Shown here: piece after piece, positions 11,292-23,088 of the stretch | How positions within the stretch are numbered: position 1 is the stretch's first letter | Layout: each line of letters starts with the position of its first letter | Source: Corallochytrium limacisporum Hawaii | Lineage: Eukaryota; Protista; Pluriformea | Direction: 5' to 3' | DNA: 64,000 nt | Assembly (NCBI GenBank): GCA_002811645.1 | Contig: PDIP01000088.1 | Location: 81,282 to 145,281 of the forward strand | Made by a program: the position numbers and the translations under genes | Notes under the pieces: model-generated | The model's database searches: none | Seen by the model: the letters and a program-made list of their open reading frames with translations, nothing else | What the model was told of the DNA's origin: nothing

Positions 11292-13727
11292 TTACATCTT
11301 GCTGCTGGTGTAGCTGGAGTACTTCTCAATCTCTTCGGGTTTCAGACAGCCCACAATGAAGGCATAGTCAATAGCATTTTCCTTAAGGTATTCGTAACGT
11401 CCGCTGGCGCCAAAGTGACCGGAGCCCATCTTTGTATCGAGGAAGACGTTGCGGAGGGGTGCATCCGGCTGCGACTTCAACATTGCAGCCTGGTGGTGCC
11501 TAATCATGGCTGTGTACTTTGCCGGTTCCCAGTATTGCACGCGCGGATCGTTGAGACCGGCGCGGATCAGCAGCGCCGGATAGATCGTTGTGTCGGTGCG
11601 CAGATTATCATAGGGTGAGTAGGAGAGCATGTAGTCAAAGTACTCCAATGACGTGTTGCAAGGACCCCATTCCTCGTACTCCTGCTCAGTTAGCGGAATG
11701 CTCACATCCATCATTGTGTTGATCACATCCACAAAAGGCACACCCAGAATGGCACCAGTGCTCATCTCTGGCGCGAGGTTCAACACGGCACCCATAAGCA
11801 GGCCGCCAGCGCTCCGACCTTCAATCGTCATACGGTCTGGACGTGTGTAGTTCTGCTCTTGGAGGAACTTTCCAACAGCCACAAAGTCTGTGAATGTGTT
11901 GCGCTTGGCCAGAAACTTGCCGTCCAGGTACCACGTGCGACCATTGTCGCCACCACCGCGGATATGAGCCATGGCAAAGGCAATTCCGCGGTCGAGCAGA
12001 GAGATGCGTTGCCGACTGAAACTAGGCTCCACGGAAATGCCGTAGCTGCCGTATCCGTAGAGATGAAGTGGGCTGCTGCCGTCCTGTTTGAACAGGTCCT
12101 TCCGGTAACTTAAGCTGACTGGCACCAGGACTTCGCCGTTGTCATTCGTTCCGGACAAGTTATCGCCGTCTCCCTTGGGCACAGGTACAAAGATACGTTC
12201 AGTGGCGTAGTTGGCAGGGTCGAAGTTTGGGTCCGGGATCTCAGCGCGCTTGCGAAGCGTTGCCCCCCGGGACACCAGGTCGTAATCCCAGGTCTCATCC
12301 GGGGTCTTCGGGCTCGAGAATAGGTATCTCACCGTCGGATCGTCGTAGGAATGAGCGCTGGGAACAAAAGAGAGGTTGTAGACGGCCTCGTTCAAGGCGA
12401 GGTCGTAGGCGGCGCCAGTGTTGAGGGTGGCAGATTCACCGGTGCGATCGATGGGGAGGAAGCGCAGGCTCTTAAGACCCTGGCATCGGCGGTAGAGCAC
12501 GACAGTGTCTTGCTTTGCCACACAGTCCAAAAGATGAGTGGACGGATCATACTCGAGCACCGCTTTCTCGGTTTCTGAGGTCCAAATCGCTGTCTTCAGA
12601 TCCGCAGGCTTGGACTGGCTCACTTGCAACAGCTTGAAGTTGTGACACTCGCTCTCATTAGTGAGGACGAGGAAGCCCAAGTCCCGGTGATGAGTCAGTG
12701 CGTACAGCACAGAGTCCCGACGTCCTCGGAAGAGCTGGCACTGTGATTTGGGATCGTTTGCATCGATGAGCCACAGTTCAGCAGCTGTCGAGGACTCAAT
12801 CTCAACATAGATGAAATCTTCGGATGAGGTCTTGCCAAGACCAAGGTTGAACCGACCATTCTCCTCCTCAATGAGCAATTCGTCCGTCTTTGGATCGGCG
12901 CCAACAATGTGACGATACGCACGATAGGGCCGGAGCGCATCGTTGAGGACGTCGTAGTATAAGGTGGCACTATCATTTCCCCACTCTAGCGAAAAATACA
13001 GCATGTCCAGGCCCTGATACTCTGTATCTCCAGTCTTCAAATCCTTGACATAGAGCTTAAACTTTTCATCACCTGCCGTGTCCAGGGTATAGGCAACCTT
13101 AGTGTGATCCGGGCTGATGCGATAGGATCCGATGACCTGGTACTCGTTCTTGAGTTCATTCAGGTCCAACAACACCTCTTCCTCAGATCCTTCATCGACA
13201 GTTTTCCGGCAGTACTTCGGGTACTGCATGCCCTTAACGGTGCGACGGTAGTAAAGGTAGGGACCCTTACGCTTGGGAACCTCCTCGTCATCCTCCTTGA
13301 TCCGTCCAAGAAACTCATCGTAGAGCTTGGCGCGCAAGCCTGCCGTTGGAGTTAGGTACTCGGAAACGGTGTACTTGTTCTCGTCCTCAAGGTAGCCGAT
13401 CACCTCACTGCTAGTCTTTTCCCGGAGCCAGTGGTAGGCATCCGGGAAGTCACGCTCGTGATAGGTCCATTTCTTCGCGTCGTCCCTGCGGGCGACAGGA
13501 GTGGATGCCACTGACTTCGCGACAATGTTGGTCATAGCTTCTGGTGGGGACGCACTGAAGCTAGCTCTGCTGCGGGTGCTTATGCTCTGGTACAGGCTGA
13601 GTGGCGCTACCGTTGTTGGTGGTCCTTTTGTGAAGGGTCTGTAGAGATGGGATGGTGGTACTCCAATTCTGCAATGATACAATGACCTTGAATGGCTCCT
13701 TAGTGCTGTCGATGGTCCTCGCAGCAT
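11292..13727 (-). CDS. ptrB: Oligopeptidase B / protease II (prolyl oligopeptidase family S9A)
   Basis: DAYHWLR, YGYGSYG, HIRGGG, catalytic GRSAGG, EYEEWG, DPRVQYWEPAK and GHFGASGR motifs. First ATG 13727, second in-frame ATG 13535. Confidence 0.95.
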   Translation of the reverse strand: MLRGPSTALRSHSRSLYHCRIGVPPSHLYRPFTKGPPTTVAPLSLYQSISTRSRASFSASPPEAMTNIVAKSVASTPVARRDDAKKWTYHERDFPDAYHWLREKTSSEVIGYLEDENKYTVSEYLTPTAGLRAKLYDEFLGRIKEDDEEVPKRKGPYLYYRRTVKGMQYPKYCRKTVDEGSEEEVLLDLNELKNEYQVIGSYRISPDHTKVAYTLDTAGDEKFKLYVKDLKTGDTEYQGLDMLYFSLEWGNDSATLYYDVLNDALRPYRAYRHIVGADPKTDELLIEEENGRFNLGLGKTSSEDFIYVEIESSTAAELWLIDANDPKSQCQLFRGRRDSVLYALTHHRDLGFLVLTNESECHNFKLLQVSQSKPADLKTAIWTSETEKAVLEYDPSTHLLDCVAKQDTVVLYRRCQGLKSLRFLPIDRTGESATLNTGAAYDLALNEAVYNLSFVPSAHSYDDPTVRYLFSSPKTPDETWDYDLVSRGATLRKRAEIPDPNFDPANYATERIFVPVPKGDGDNLSGTNDNGEVLVPVSLSYRKDLFKQDGSSPLHLYGYGSYGISVEPSFSRQRISLLDRGIAFAMAHIRGGGDNGRTWYLDGKFLAKRNTFTDFVAVGKFLQEQNYTRPDRMTIEGRSAGGLLMGAVLNLAPEMSTGAILGVPFVDVINTMMDVSIPLTEQEYEEWGPCNTSLEYFDYMLSYSPYDNLRTDTTIYPALLIRAGLNDPRVQYWEPAKYTAMIRHHQAAMLKSQPDAPLRNVFLDTKMGSGHFGASGRYEYLKENAIDYAFIVGCLKPEEIEKYSSYTSSKM

Positions 13728-14148
13728 TGTTTTTGCATCGGAGCCTTCCAATGCTTTAAATACATTTGCTGACCGGAACACACTGACGAATTTGTGGCGT
13801 TTAAACAGCTAGCAAAGCACGGCCAACATCGAGAGCCACCGTGAAAGAAAAATAAAAGGGAACTACGGAAAATAAACAAAGGCAAAACACACCGAACGTG
13901 TTGCAAGCAACAGGCTGCGTGACCGTCCGGACGAGCACCCCCCTCGCGGTGCGCAAATCGATGGCCTCGGTACCACACAGTGGGAGAGAGTCGAGCTGGC
14001 GGGTTTTGCGGGGGCCGAGAGGGCAAACAATGGGGGCCCTTGGGTTTGTTACTTTGGCGGAGCTTGCCGACTTCGGGGCCCTCCCGGTGGTCGCGGCGAA
14101 TGCGATCGGGACATAGACACGGAGTAGGCGGACAGCAGAGAAGAAAAC

Positions 14149-14152
<4 letters not shown>

Positions 14153-14194
<42 letters not shown>
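14153..14194. repeat. (GA)n microsatellite in the divergent ptrB/TLC intergenic region
   Basis: About 21 perfect AG units. Confidence 0.95.
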
Positions 14195-14196
<2 letters not shown>

Positions 14197-14919
14197 GCTA
14201 ATGAGAATGATGTACGGCCCCCCCGGGGGGGGGGTCTCAAGGCTTTTCATGCATTTCTTTTTACTTTTTTTGTGTGTGCCGATGTTTTCTAAAAGATCGA
14301 TAGAAAAAAGAAAATGATCGCGGGCGTATTGAAATCGAAGCGCTCCTGTACCGGCCAGAAGAATTTAAAGAGAAACCGAACCGAAACCCCTCCCCCCCCA
14401 ACACACACAGCGCCCCTGTGCCGTGGAGAGTTGAAAAAGAACTGGCACGGAACCGTGGGGCGAGGGAACGAGAGAATTCCTCTCTCTCTCTCTCTTTTTC
14501 TTTTCTTTTCGTTTCTGGGTCGGCGGTTGTTGACGATCCTTCGCCCCTCGTTCCGTGGCTGGGCGGGGGGGGGGTGTTTTGCAGTTCCTTGTTACGATCT
14601 TTGTGTGGTGTGTGGAGTGGGCAGCAGGTTTGAATGGTCGGGCGCCACCGCTTTTGGCAAGGGTATTTGACCCTTGTGACAATCTGCACAGGCTTGTGTT
14701 GACACACGCCGACTAGCATCAGAGAATGCTATGTGACACAAGGATCTGACACACGTGGCCAAAGATCAAGTGGAGCGGCCAATATCTGGAAAAATTGAAG
14801 GTTGAGTCAGCCTTAAAGGAACAATATGATCTGAGGCAATGATCCGAATCAGAAAGTAAGGCAGAGGCAGAACGACCCGCAAGGCAAGCATTAGAAGCAT
14901 ATAGGTACTATACAGAACC

Positions 14920-16308
14920 ATGGAGGGATTTCAAGCCTTTGCAGAACAAAATCTGCGGGACTATCGCATGTTCCTTCGAACTCAGGAAGCCGCGGGTATG
15001 ACATTCGTGGAGCGCCTCAACATTGCTGAGATCGCCCTAGCTGCTGTGTTTGGGTACTTTGCTATATTCACACTGATCGGTCTTTGGAATCGATACACTC
15101 GCAGTCTCCTCTACGTCTCGCTGCCAGAGGTCGGCCGGTTGGAATGGTGCATGGCTACCACCCGCCTCATTTTTTCTCTGGTTATTTCCGCGCTGTCCGT
15201 ACGAATTGTAGGCATGCAATGGACGAATCTGCTAGACGATCCGGTCCGTGCCACAGTACCCATGGCACGGTTTCCTCTGTCACTGGCCGCCGGCTTTCTA
15301 TTGGCCGATGCAGTCGCCCGCGCTGCCGCCTTCGATTTCATCGTTCGTAGCGTTGAATATGGAGCACTTCGTTCGAACGAAGATAACGACGGCAAGGCCG
15401 TTCGCCGCGCGGAACTGAGCAAGGAAATTACGCGCAATCTCTTCGGCATGGTCGGGTGCCTGATTGCTGCCTACAGTGACTACTTTGTATTGCCCGCGAC
15501 CGCCCGGTTGCTGGGATTCATTACTATGGGCATAGAAGTCCTGCTCTGGCGGTCTCTGCAGGTACCTGGTGCTGGTCCCAACAATTCTACTTTCTATGAC
15601 GAGTCGATGGGATCAGGTACCCACGGCAGGGATGATGTCGATCTCTATGATGAAGAGGAGGAGGACAGCTACTGGGAAGAGGAAAATGTCGATGGGGGAC
15701 CGGGAGTGGGTGGTCCGGACCGGGACGATGTTGACTCGGGTGTAGCGGGATCGCTACGAAAGCTGCGCAAAGGGGGAGTCGGCGGTCCGGGCACAGAGGG
15801 AGGTGACGGCACCGGAGCAGGCTCCACTGAAGACGTGCTCGACCTAGGCGGCACAATCACCGTCACCACCCGAATGTGGGCATTCCTGCTCTTTTTGAGC
15901 TACATATGCAACAATCTATTCCCTTCAGGCATCCTCTGGCTGTGCCTGTTTATGGGCTACCGACCGGCACCACCCGCAGTCGTGGCCTTGTGCGCGACCG
16001 TTGCCGGATGCCTGGACATGATCGTGCTGACATGGTTCCCGGGTACGGTCAAATTGGCACTTTTTGCTCTGCAGCCGGGAGATGCGGCCATGAACTTCCC
16101 GGAAATGGACGCAGGCGGTACTGGCGGCGAGAACTTGGCCTCGGACACTCGGGGCTCGTACGGATCTATTGAAGAGAACGACCCGGGCGAGAGCTCGAGC
16201 GCGCAGATCCGGGGTCCGAGCAGCTCGGTGCGGAGACGTGGACTAGGAAGACGGGCCCCGGCAGCGGAAATTCGACGCAGTGGGTACAAAAGTGCTATAA
16301 TTCATTGA
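14920..16308 (+). CDS. Multi-pass membrane protein, probably a divergent TLC (TRAM/LAG1/CLN8)-domain protein
   Basis: aaccATGG start; 6-7 hydrophobic segments; EWCMATTRLIFSLVIS and SLAAGFLLAD resemble TMEM56/TLC helices; long acidic/Gly-rich loop. The ORF is solid but the family call is tentative. Confidence 0.6.
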   Translation: MEGFQAFAEQNLRDYRMFLRTQEAAGMTFVERLNIAEIALAAVFGYFAIFTLIGLWNRYTRSLLYVSLPEVGRLEWCMATTRLIFSLVISALSVRIVGMQWTNLLDDPVRATVPMARFPLSLAAGFLLADAVARAAAFDFIVRSVEYGALRSNEDNDGKAVRRAELSKEITRNLFGMVGCLIAAYSDYFVLPATARLLGFITMGIEVLLWRSLQVPGAGPNNSTFYDESMGSGTHGRDDVDLYDEEEEDSYWEEENVDGGPGVGGPDRDDVDSGVAGSLRKLRKGGVGGPGTEGGDGTGAGSTEDVLDLGGTITVTTRMWAFLLFLSYICNNLFPSGILWLCLFMGYRPAPPAVVALCATVAGCLDMIVLTWFPGTVKLALFALQPGDAAMNFPEMDAGGTGGENLASDTRGSYGSIEENDPGESSSAQIRGPSSSVRRRGLGRRAPAAEIRRSGYKSAIIH

Positions 16309-16504
16309 GGGCTGTTGATCAGTCGTTCGATCACGTTTTTGTGGAGGAAGTGATTGTGGTTTCAACGGTCTTCCGTTCATGACGCGTATATGTCTCGCTA
16401 TCATTACACCACTAGGAAATAGATCTCATGCTTTCTATTAATTCAGGTAAGTATGATATGTTCTGTATTTTCAAATGTGACAAAGTTTTCAAATTGGAAC
16501 CCGT

Positions 16505-17068
16505 TTAAGCCGTCAATCCGTGGGTCTTGGCGTATTCTACACGGTGAGGGTTCTTGGCCTGGGGGCGGTTCAGAGCGATCCACTTGGGTTCTTCCTTAAA
16601 CAGACGACGTGCCTTGATGTAGTTCTCAGTGTCCAGGGTGAAACGGTGGTAGATGCCAGCGGGAAGGACCAGCAGGTCACCGGGAGTCACCTTGATGCGA
16701 ATCCACTTGTCGTCCTTGTCGCGCACATCAAAGTAGCCGGAACCCTCCAGAACGTAACGAATCTCCTCATCCTCGTGGAGGTGTTCCTCGTAGAAGGACT
16801 TGATCTTCTCCTCGTAGTTGGGCAGCCTCTCCTTGCTGACCGTGATCTCGTCCATGTTGGCGTACTCCCGGTTCTTTCGGAGCTTCTCGATCATCTCTTC
16901 CCGGTCCTCACCGTTGGCAGGGATAAACTCGTAGTAAACACCGACGGCATGCAGAGCCTCAATATCAGCGGGTACGTTGGGCTGCAACTTGTGCTCGAAG
17001 CGCTGGTCCTCTAGGTCCTCGCACATGTACCAGGCCTCGGGCACGCGCTGCTCCTGTACGGGTGACAT
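16505..17068 (-). CDS. ADI1: Acireductone dioxygenase (methionine salvage, cupin)
   Basis: FYEEHLHEDEEIRYVLEGSGYFDVRD...LPAGIYHRFTLD signature. First ATG 17068 (aaccATG). Confidence 0.96.
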   Translation of the reverse strand: MSPVQEQRVPEAWYMCEDLEDQRFEHKLQPNVPADIEALHAVGVYYEFIPANGEDREEMIEKLRKNREYANMDEITVSKERLPNYEEKIKSFYEEHLHEDEEIRYVLEGSGYFDVRDKDDKWIRIKVTPGDLLVLPAGIYHRFTLDTENYIKARRLFKEEPKWIALNRPQAKNPHRVEYAKTHGLTA

Positions 17069-17578
17069 GGTTTCTACCTCGTTGGTTAGTGCTTGAAATA
17101 TAGTTCTATATAATGAAGACACACAGATTTGCTGTCAGTTTCCGACCGTGTTGTCCCCATTGGCCTTAAATACCCGTGGGTGCTCCGTGCAATACAAAAT
17201 ACTGACCTAAGCACTGAAAGATAAAAAGGGCCCGTTTAGTAATGGGCTGGGCACCGATAGCAATTATCCTGCAACTTCTGCTGAAAAATTTGGAAAAACA
17301 GGGAAGCAAGATGCGTTGGCATGAAAATGGAAAGCAAGGGGTAACACCTGCACGTACCCAGAATGACAAACCTGTCCATCCACCCCCGGGAACACAAAAA
17401 CGGAATAACCCGGGAGTGATGGGTACAGGACAGGATTGGTGGTGGAGTGGGGGTGCCAAAGCAGTGTATGTCTTCGGGTAAGATTGGGTGCTGTTTCCGG
17501 ACCGGGGAGAGAAGCCCTGGCATCAACGACAGCCGAAACGTGGCTCTCACAAAATGTGAAAAAAAAGCCAGTTCCAAG

Positions 17579-17699
<121 letters not shown>

Positions 17700-19142
17700 A
17701 TTGGTTTTCCTTTTTTTTTTCCACTGCCGCCATCGCCGGTTGCGGCAGCAAAAGCCCCGAAGATTGGAAGCAGTGGGCCACAGGAAGACTGAGGACCCCC
17801 GCGGGGGGGGGGTGTGATGTAAGAAATCTCTGACTAAATGATCGTGCGGAGTAGCGCTCGGATGCGCATCTGAGCGAGTTGTAAGCGTGGCGAGCATGAA
17901 AGGGGCGCGCCCGCTTGAACCGCAGCAAGCCTCTCTGCCTACCCTCTCAGAGCCGCAGACTGCACAAGTCCCAGCCTCACCCTAATTCATCACATCGCGT
18001 GCTCTCCATCAATGACCCGCATCAACCACAGCCTCTGTCATCATCCTAGAGGCCAGTACATAGATCTCAAGACTAATAATACGAGCATCCAACTGCCATG
18101 GCCTGTTTAGCATTCTTCAATAAACATTGCAGTGCAATGTGGCGATGGTCGAACGGCTGGTTTGCACGGACCGAGAGGTAGGTGCCGCACACCTGAACCC
18201 TTGCCCCCCCCCCCACACTGGGCTTCCTGTATTCACCGGAAAATGCCTGCCGCGGTCTTCGGTATTTAAAGGGGCGGGATATAAAATTTGTGGAAAAATA
18301 AAAGAAAGAGAAAAGGGAAAAAACCAAAAAAAAAAAAGAAAGAAAAAACAGAAAGGGGTAAATTTGAACAATTTACAAACAGCGCCAGAGAGAGAGAGAC
18401 CTCGCAAAGGCAAGGCAAAAGGGGGGGGGGTGTGAGGCCAGCCAAAAAATCCTGCGAATTTTTCCACAAAGCACGCGTCACCGGTGGGCGGGTGGGGCTT
18501 GTGCAGGGGGGGAAGCCAAGGCAGAGAGGGCGAGACCCGCGACGGTTAGCGCGCACAGAGCCAAACACGGCCCCGAGGGACACTGCGGGCTGGAGAGATG
18601 GATTAAATAGACTCCCGTTTATCGGTTGTTTATGTACTGCAGGTGGTATTCATAACCAGAACGTATATTGTATTAGGGCTGGTGCAAGAGGGATTTGGTA
18701 TGGACAAGTATGGGGACTTTGGTCACTGAGTATACCCATATACGCTGAAGTAAGTATATATAATAATAGCGAGAACTTTGCGCAGGAAACAAAAAGACGT
18801 CGGTGGCGGGTCGGTCGGAACCAGTGATGGCGCTACCAGCGGGAATCGGACTGCCAGGGTGGTTCTCTGTCTAGTCTGGCCTACGGGAAGGTGGAAGAGA
18901 GGCCTTTTCATCTTGGTGCCTTGTAACGGTATACAAATCATAATGCTGCTATTGCTTGTCACAGGTAGTATAACAAATATGTTTATGTAGTAAGAATGAT
19001 ATGCTTATGTGAATGGAAAATGGATGCAAGGGAATGATTGTGTGTGAATGAGTGAGTGAGTGTGTGCGCTTGTGCGTGTCGGTGTACATGCGGTGGCATG
19101 GCGAAAAAGAATTTTCAAGATTGAGAACAAGTAATGGCACTT

Positions 19143-19739
19143 TCAAACCTCATGCGTAGCGTACTTGTTGGCGAAATTGTCCCGAACGTTGCGTGCATGG
19201 GCGCTCGCGGTGTGCATCAAGTTGTTCTTCTCATCTTTCATCAGGTCGATGACGTACTGCAGGCCAACCTTGGTTTGCTCGTACTGTGTCTTGAAACGTT
19301 CTAATCCGAAAGATTCGACAATGGGGTGGAAGACAGAGATGCTACTGACAATTTTGGCCCGTGTCTCAGTCTCGGTCCATTGCCGGGGATTGTCGGGGTG
19401 CGGTCTGTACGTCACTGTCTCGCAGACGGATAGCACGTTCTTGTAAGTCAGGTTTTGTGTCGTGGTTTCCATGGTTTTGGCTTTGGAGTCGACGACAGAT
19501 TTTTCGATCACCCACGCCTTACCGCCAGACACAAAGCGCTGCGCTACTGCGGGCACTTTCTTGGTCTTCAGCAGCAGGCGAGTACTGTACATTTTCCCTT
19601 CCGCTTCGTCTACCCGACGGTCCAAGAGATCTGTTGACAAAACATGACGCGAATGCGGATTGGGATATTTGCGCCAAAAGGCAGCGGTCACCTCTTCCCA
19701 GGGTGCCTTGTAGGTAGCCAAGCTTGAAAAGAATCGCAT
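19143..19739 (-). CDS. PRELI/MSF1-domain mitochondrial lipid-transfer protein (Ups1/PRELID1-like)
   Basis: PWEEVTAAFWRKYPNPHSRHVLSTD and EKSVVD...TTTQNLTY...VCETVTYRPHPDNP motifs. Confidence 0.93.
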   Translation of the reverse strand: MRFFSSLATYKAPWEEVTAAFWRKYPNPHSRHVLSTDLLDRRVDEAEGKMYSTRLLLKTKKVPAVAQRFVSGGKAWVIEKSVVDSKAKTMETTTQNLTYKNVLSVCETVTYRPHPDNPRQWTETETRAKIVSSISVFHPIVESFGLERFKTQYEQTKVGLQYVIDLMKDEKNNLMHTASAHARNVRDNFANKYATHEV

Positions 19740-21978
19740 TTTATTGTACAGTGAACTTAGTCAGCTTGGAGTTCACTTAGAGGAATGATCAACTTCAAAA
19801 AGACCCTAGGTAATATCAAATTGGTTCGAACTGTGACCCAAATTGAAAGTCTCTATAATTTACAAGTCGTTCCAAATATGACCTCGGCCTATGGTGCTGA
19901 TCCATAATGCTAAACACAGTCGTGAAAAACAGCAACTGAAGAACAAAAACCTCTTGTACCTTCAGACCAGTGGTGTAAATTTATTCGATCCATAATTAAA
20001 TGTTAATATTTCCAACGCCAGCGGGACCGACATTATGTATCACAATCTTCATCACAGCCGTACATTTAATTGTCCACTTCAACGCAAAAGAAAGACAAAC
20101 GTCCCAATTCCCAGTGAGCCAGCACCTCGAACCGCCCCCGTCCCTCCACACCTCCTCCCTTCCGCGGGTCTGTGTGGCCAATGGAACTGTGGAGACTACC
20201 CTCCCCTCTTGTGACCTTGTGGTGTGCGCAAAAAAAGAACCGGGCGGCCGAGAGAAAAAATCTCCCCTCCCACCCCCCATGTGAAGGGTCAGGAGAAATT
20301 AGCGTAGGCAGGTGAGAGAATTCAGTGCCGTGGGTGGGGGAGTGTGTGTGTGTGGAGCGTGGTTCGGGTACTTTCACTACCGGGCAGGAATCTCCTGACG
20401 TGTAAGAAGGCGGAGGAGAACCCCCGCAGGGGGGGGGATGCAAGTTGGAGCGGTGGGTTGTTTCAAAAGGGGGCCTAATTTTAGGAGGGGTGGTTGAGAA
20501 TCGAGATATCCTCTCCTCCACACAGAGAGAGAGAGAGAGTGAGAGACTTCTTGGACAATTCAAGGAAAAAGAAGGGGGGTGGCAGGGGGTTTTAAAAAAC
20601 GTTGACGTTTGGTTAACCTTGAATTTTTGACTTCCTTTTGCTCCTTTTAATTTTTTATTGTCTGTCCCTTTTGTTTCATTGCGCAGAGCTTGGAGGCGGG
20701 TCGCGGCGCCTTCAGGAGATTATCGCGGAACGGGAATCTTTCGCTACCGGTGCTTTTCTGTACCGGGCCCCCCCCCTTCCCTTCCTCTCCTTTCCCGTCA
20801 CCAAGTTTCGGCAGAAACACGGAGCGGGGCCCAATTCCTTTGGCCTTTGATCCTGCACCAAAAAAAAGAAAAGAAGAGCCGTTCTTCATCATCGGTCGGA
20901 TCCCTCTGTTGTTCCATTCCATGGCGGTATGTACTATAATGCCTAAAGTAGCACTCACGTACGTCTGCACAGTGTGGAACCGTCGGGATGTAGAGACCTC
21001 GCTCTCAGGCATTATATCAGGCCCCGCCTTAGCCCAGGGGGGAGCGGCGGCGGGGTTTGCACCTCGTTTTCATGGCACATGCTTGCGGGCCCGTCCATAC
21101 TAAATGTACTGTAAAACGAAATGTGGGTTTGGTGAGATAGTAAAGAAAAAATGCCGGACCGAGATTTTGCAGTGTGGCTCTGCGGGCAAAACCCCACCCA
21201 CCACCAACCGAAGAAAGGAAAAAAAAGGGAAAGAGAAAGCAAGGAGGCAGGCAGGGATGGGGTGTTCCTCTCAACGCCCGGTCTGCGCTTGTTTTACGCA
21301 CAATGGCAGAAACCGCTGGGTCCCAGGCCACCACCAACCAACGCACAAAACACACACACACAACCCGCGCCACCGCCGCCAAACTGCAGCACCCGGCCCT
21401 GTGCGTACGAAAACCCGCCCGTCCCACCCGGACCTCAACTCTGAACTCGCCGAATCTCGAGAATGTCGGGCAGTGCGGCTGGCGGCCGTGGCCTTTGCCT
21501 TTCTCCCCTTTCCGCTCCGGAGGCGAGGGAGTCTATTTTCTGTTAAATGTTAATGATAGTTTAGGGTATTCAGCTATTTGTGTGGGATGGGCTGCCTGGG
21601 CATTTCGTTGGGGGCTTTCCCCCCCCCCCCTCTCTTCCCCCGTGGAGGCGGGCACTGTGCACGGTGGCCGGCCGATCAGGCCGTCCGGACCGGGTCGGAC
21701 TCGGTCCGACCGGGGGATTGACCCCACATGACATTGCTCCTTTTCTTTCTTTGTGGTATTTTCCGGAACCTTTCTGATTCTTGATCCTCATGCGCATTTT
21801 AAAATGTGTAGAACTGTAAAGCAATAAAAGCTCATGCGGTGATCCATGAAATGGATGAAGTGAAAGTTAACAATGGATAGGAAACAGAACGTTCATCACG
21901 GGATCCAGTGGATCCGACTCAGATCTCTTTTGTATAAATTAGGAATTGACACCAAACCAGACAGACACAGACATAATC

Positions 21979-22886
21979 ATGGTGGCCATCACAGAAGACG
22001 TTGTGCGTCGCGGTGCAGAGCACAACAATATGGAAATATGCACAGGCTGCGAAACAGGCCCTGGCCGCCAGCGACCTACGGTCATCGGTCGGCAATCAGT
22101 CCAGGAGCGGAGGTGCGGAACTTGCCAAGAATCAGGAGATGGTAAGAAAACTGCGAGGCGTTGCCGCCGCCAATGGTGAGGTAGTTGATCCGGAGACCAT
22201 CCCTTACACCCCAGAGTGCCGAGTGCTGCTGCATGATGCTCAACTTGGAGGACCACAAAGCCAAACATGCAGCCAGCGTGAACCAAGGATCAAGTGTCAA
22301 TGGTGTGCAGGATGAGGTGCGGACAGATATCCAAAGAGCGGCTCACGGCCGTTACATGCTAAGGACGGACGTGTGCTGCAGCCCAACGAAGGAAGCTATC
22401 CCTTTCCATCGATACGGACGAGCACGAATGCCGTCTGACGGTGAAATAGCCTAAATTTCTGGACACTACCGTAGTTGACATTGACATACAAGGACAAGGC
22501 ACTAGTGCATACTTTGCCTGATGAAGTAAAGTCTGATAACTGCAAGGCACAACGATCAACCGCTACAGGCAGTCTGGTGGTATCCATGCCTTGGGCGAAG
22601 GGCACAATTATCGGCTACCGTCACGAAGCCGAACTGAAAGAGAAGGATGGACATACCCGAACGAAGCCCAAGACAACGAACAAGGGCAAGGGGAATGAGT
22701 ATCTGGACAGTGGTATCGGCCACTTACAAAACACTGTGGATTACAAGAACATTGTTAAGGACTTGCGGGATTCGATCACGGGCACGATCGCACCCTTGGG
22801 CAAGCGTAATAGTCGGGCCGTTCAGAAGCCAGCGAAACCGTCCACGTCGACGACCCGGACGTGCCCCCCCCCTGGAATGTCAATAA
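21979..22886 (+). pseudogene. LRRC6: Pseudogene of axonemal dynein assembly factor LRRC6/DNAAF11 (tilB/Seahorse)
   Basis: Collinear fragments in shifting frames match LRRC6: MVAITEDVVRRGAEHN (N-terminus), PYTPECR, KDGRVLQPNEG, KFLDTTVVDIDIQ, LPDEVKSDNCKAQRSTATGSLVVSMP (CS domain), VDYKNIV, VDDPDVPP-L (C-terminus). The LRR region is deleted, there are about 7 frameshifts and an in-frame TAG at 22447-22449. Confidence 0.88.
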
Positions 22887-23088
22887 GGTACAAATCATTA
22901 AAAGGAAATCAGAAGACTTCTGATCGCAAAATTGACACACTCTTTCACCAAAAAAACTGTGACGTAGAGAGACTAGTCAATTCTAACCGGGACAATTGAT
23001 AATCTTTAAGAAAAAAAAAATGGGACAAGTGTTTCTTTCTGTATTGTCAGTCACGCCTCGGTTCCAGACCAGGTGCTACCAACCAAAA

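Noticed and set aside
14757-14790. GGCCAAAGATCAAGTGGAG resembles the 5' region of U2 snRNA
   Set aside because: The branch-pairing GTAGTA, stem I and Sm site are absent; a short chance match.
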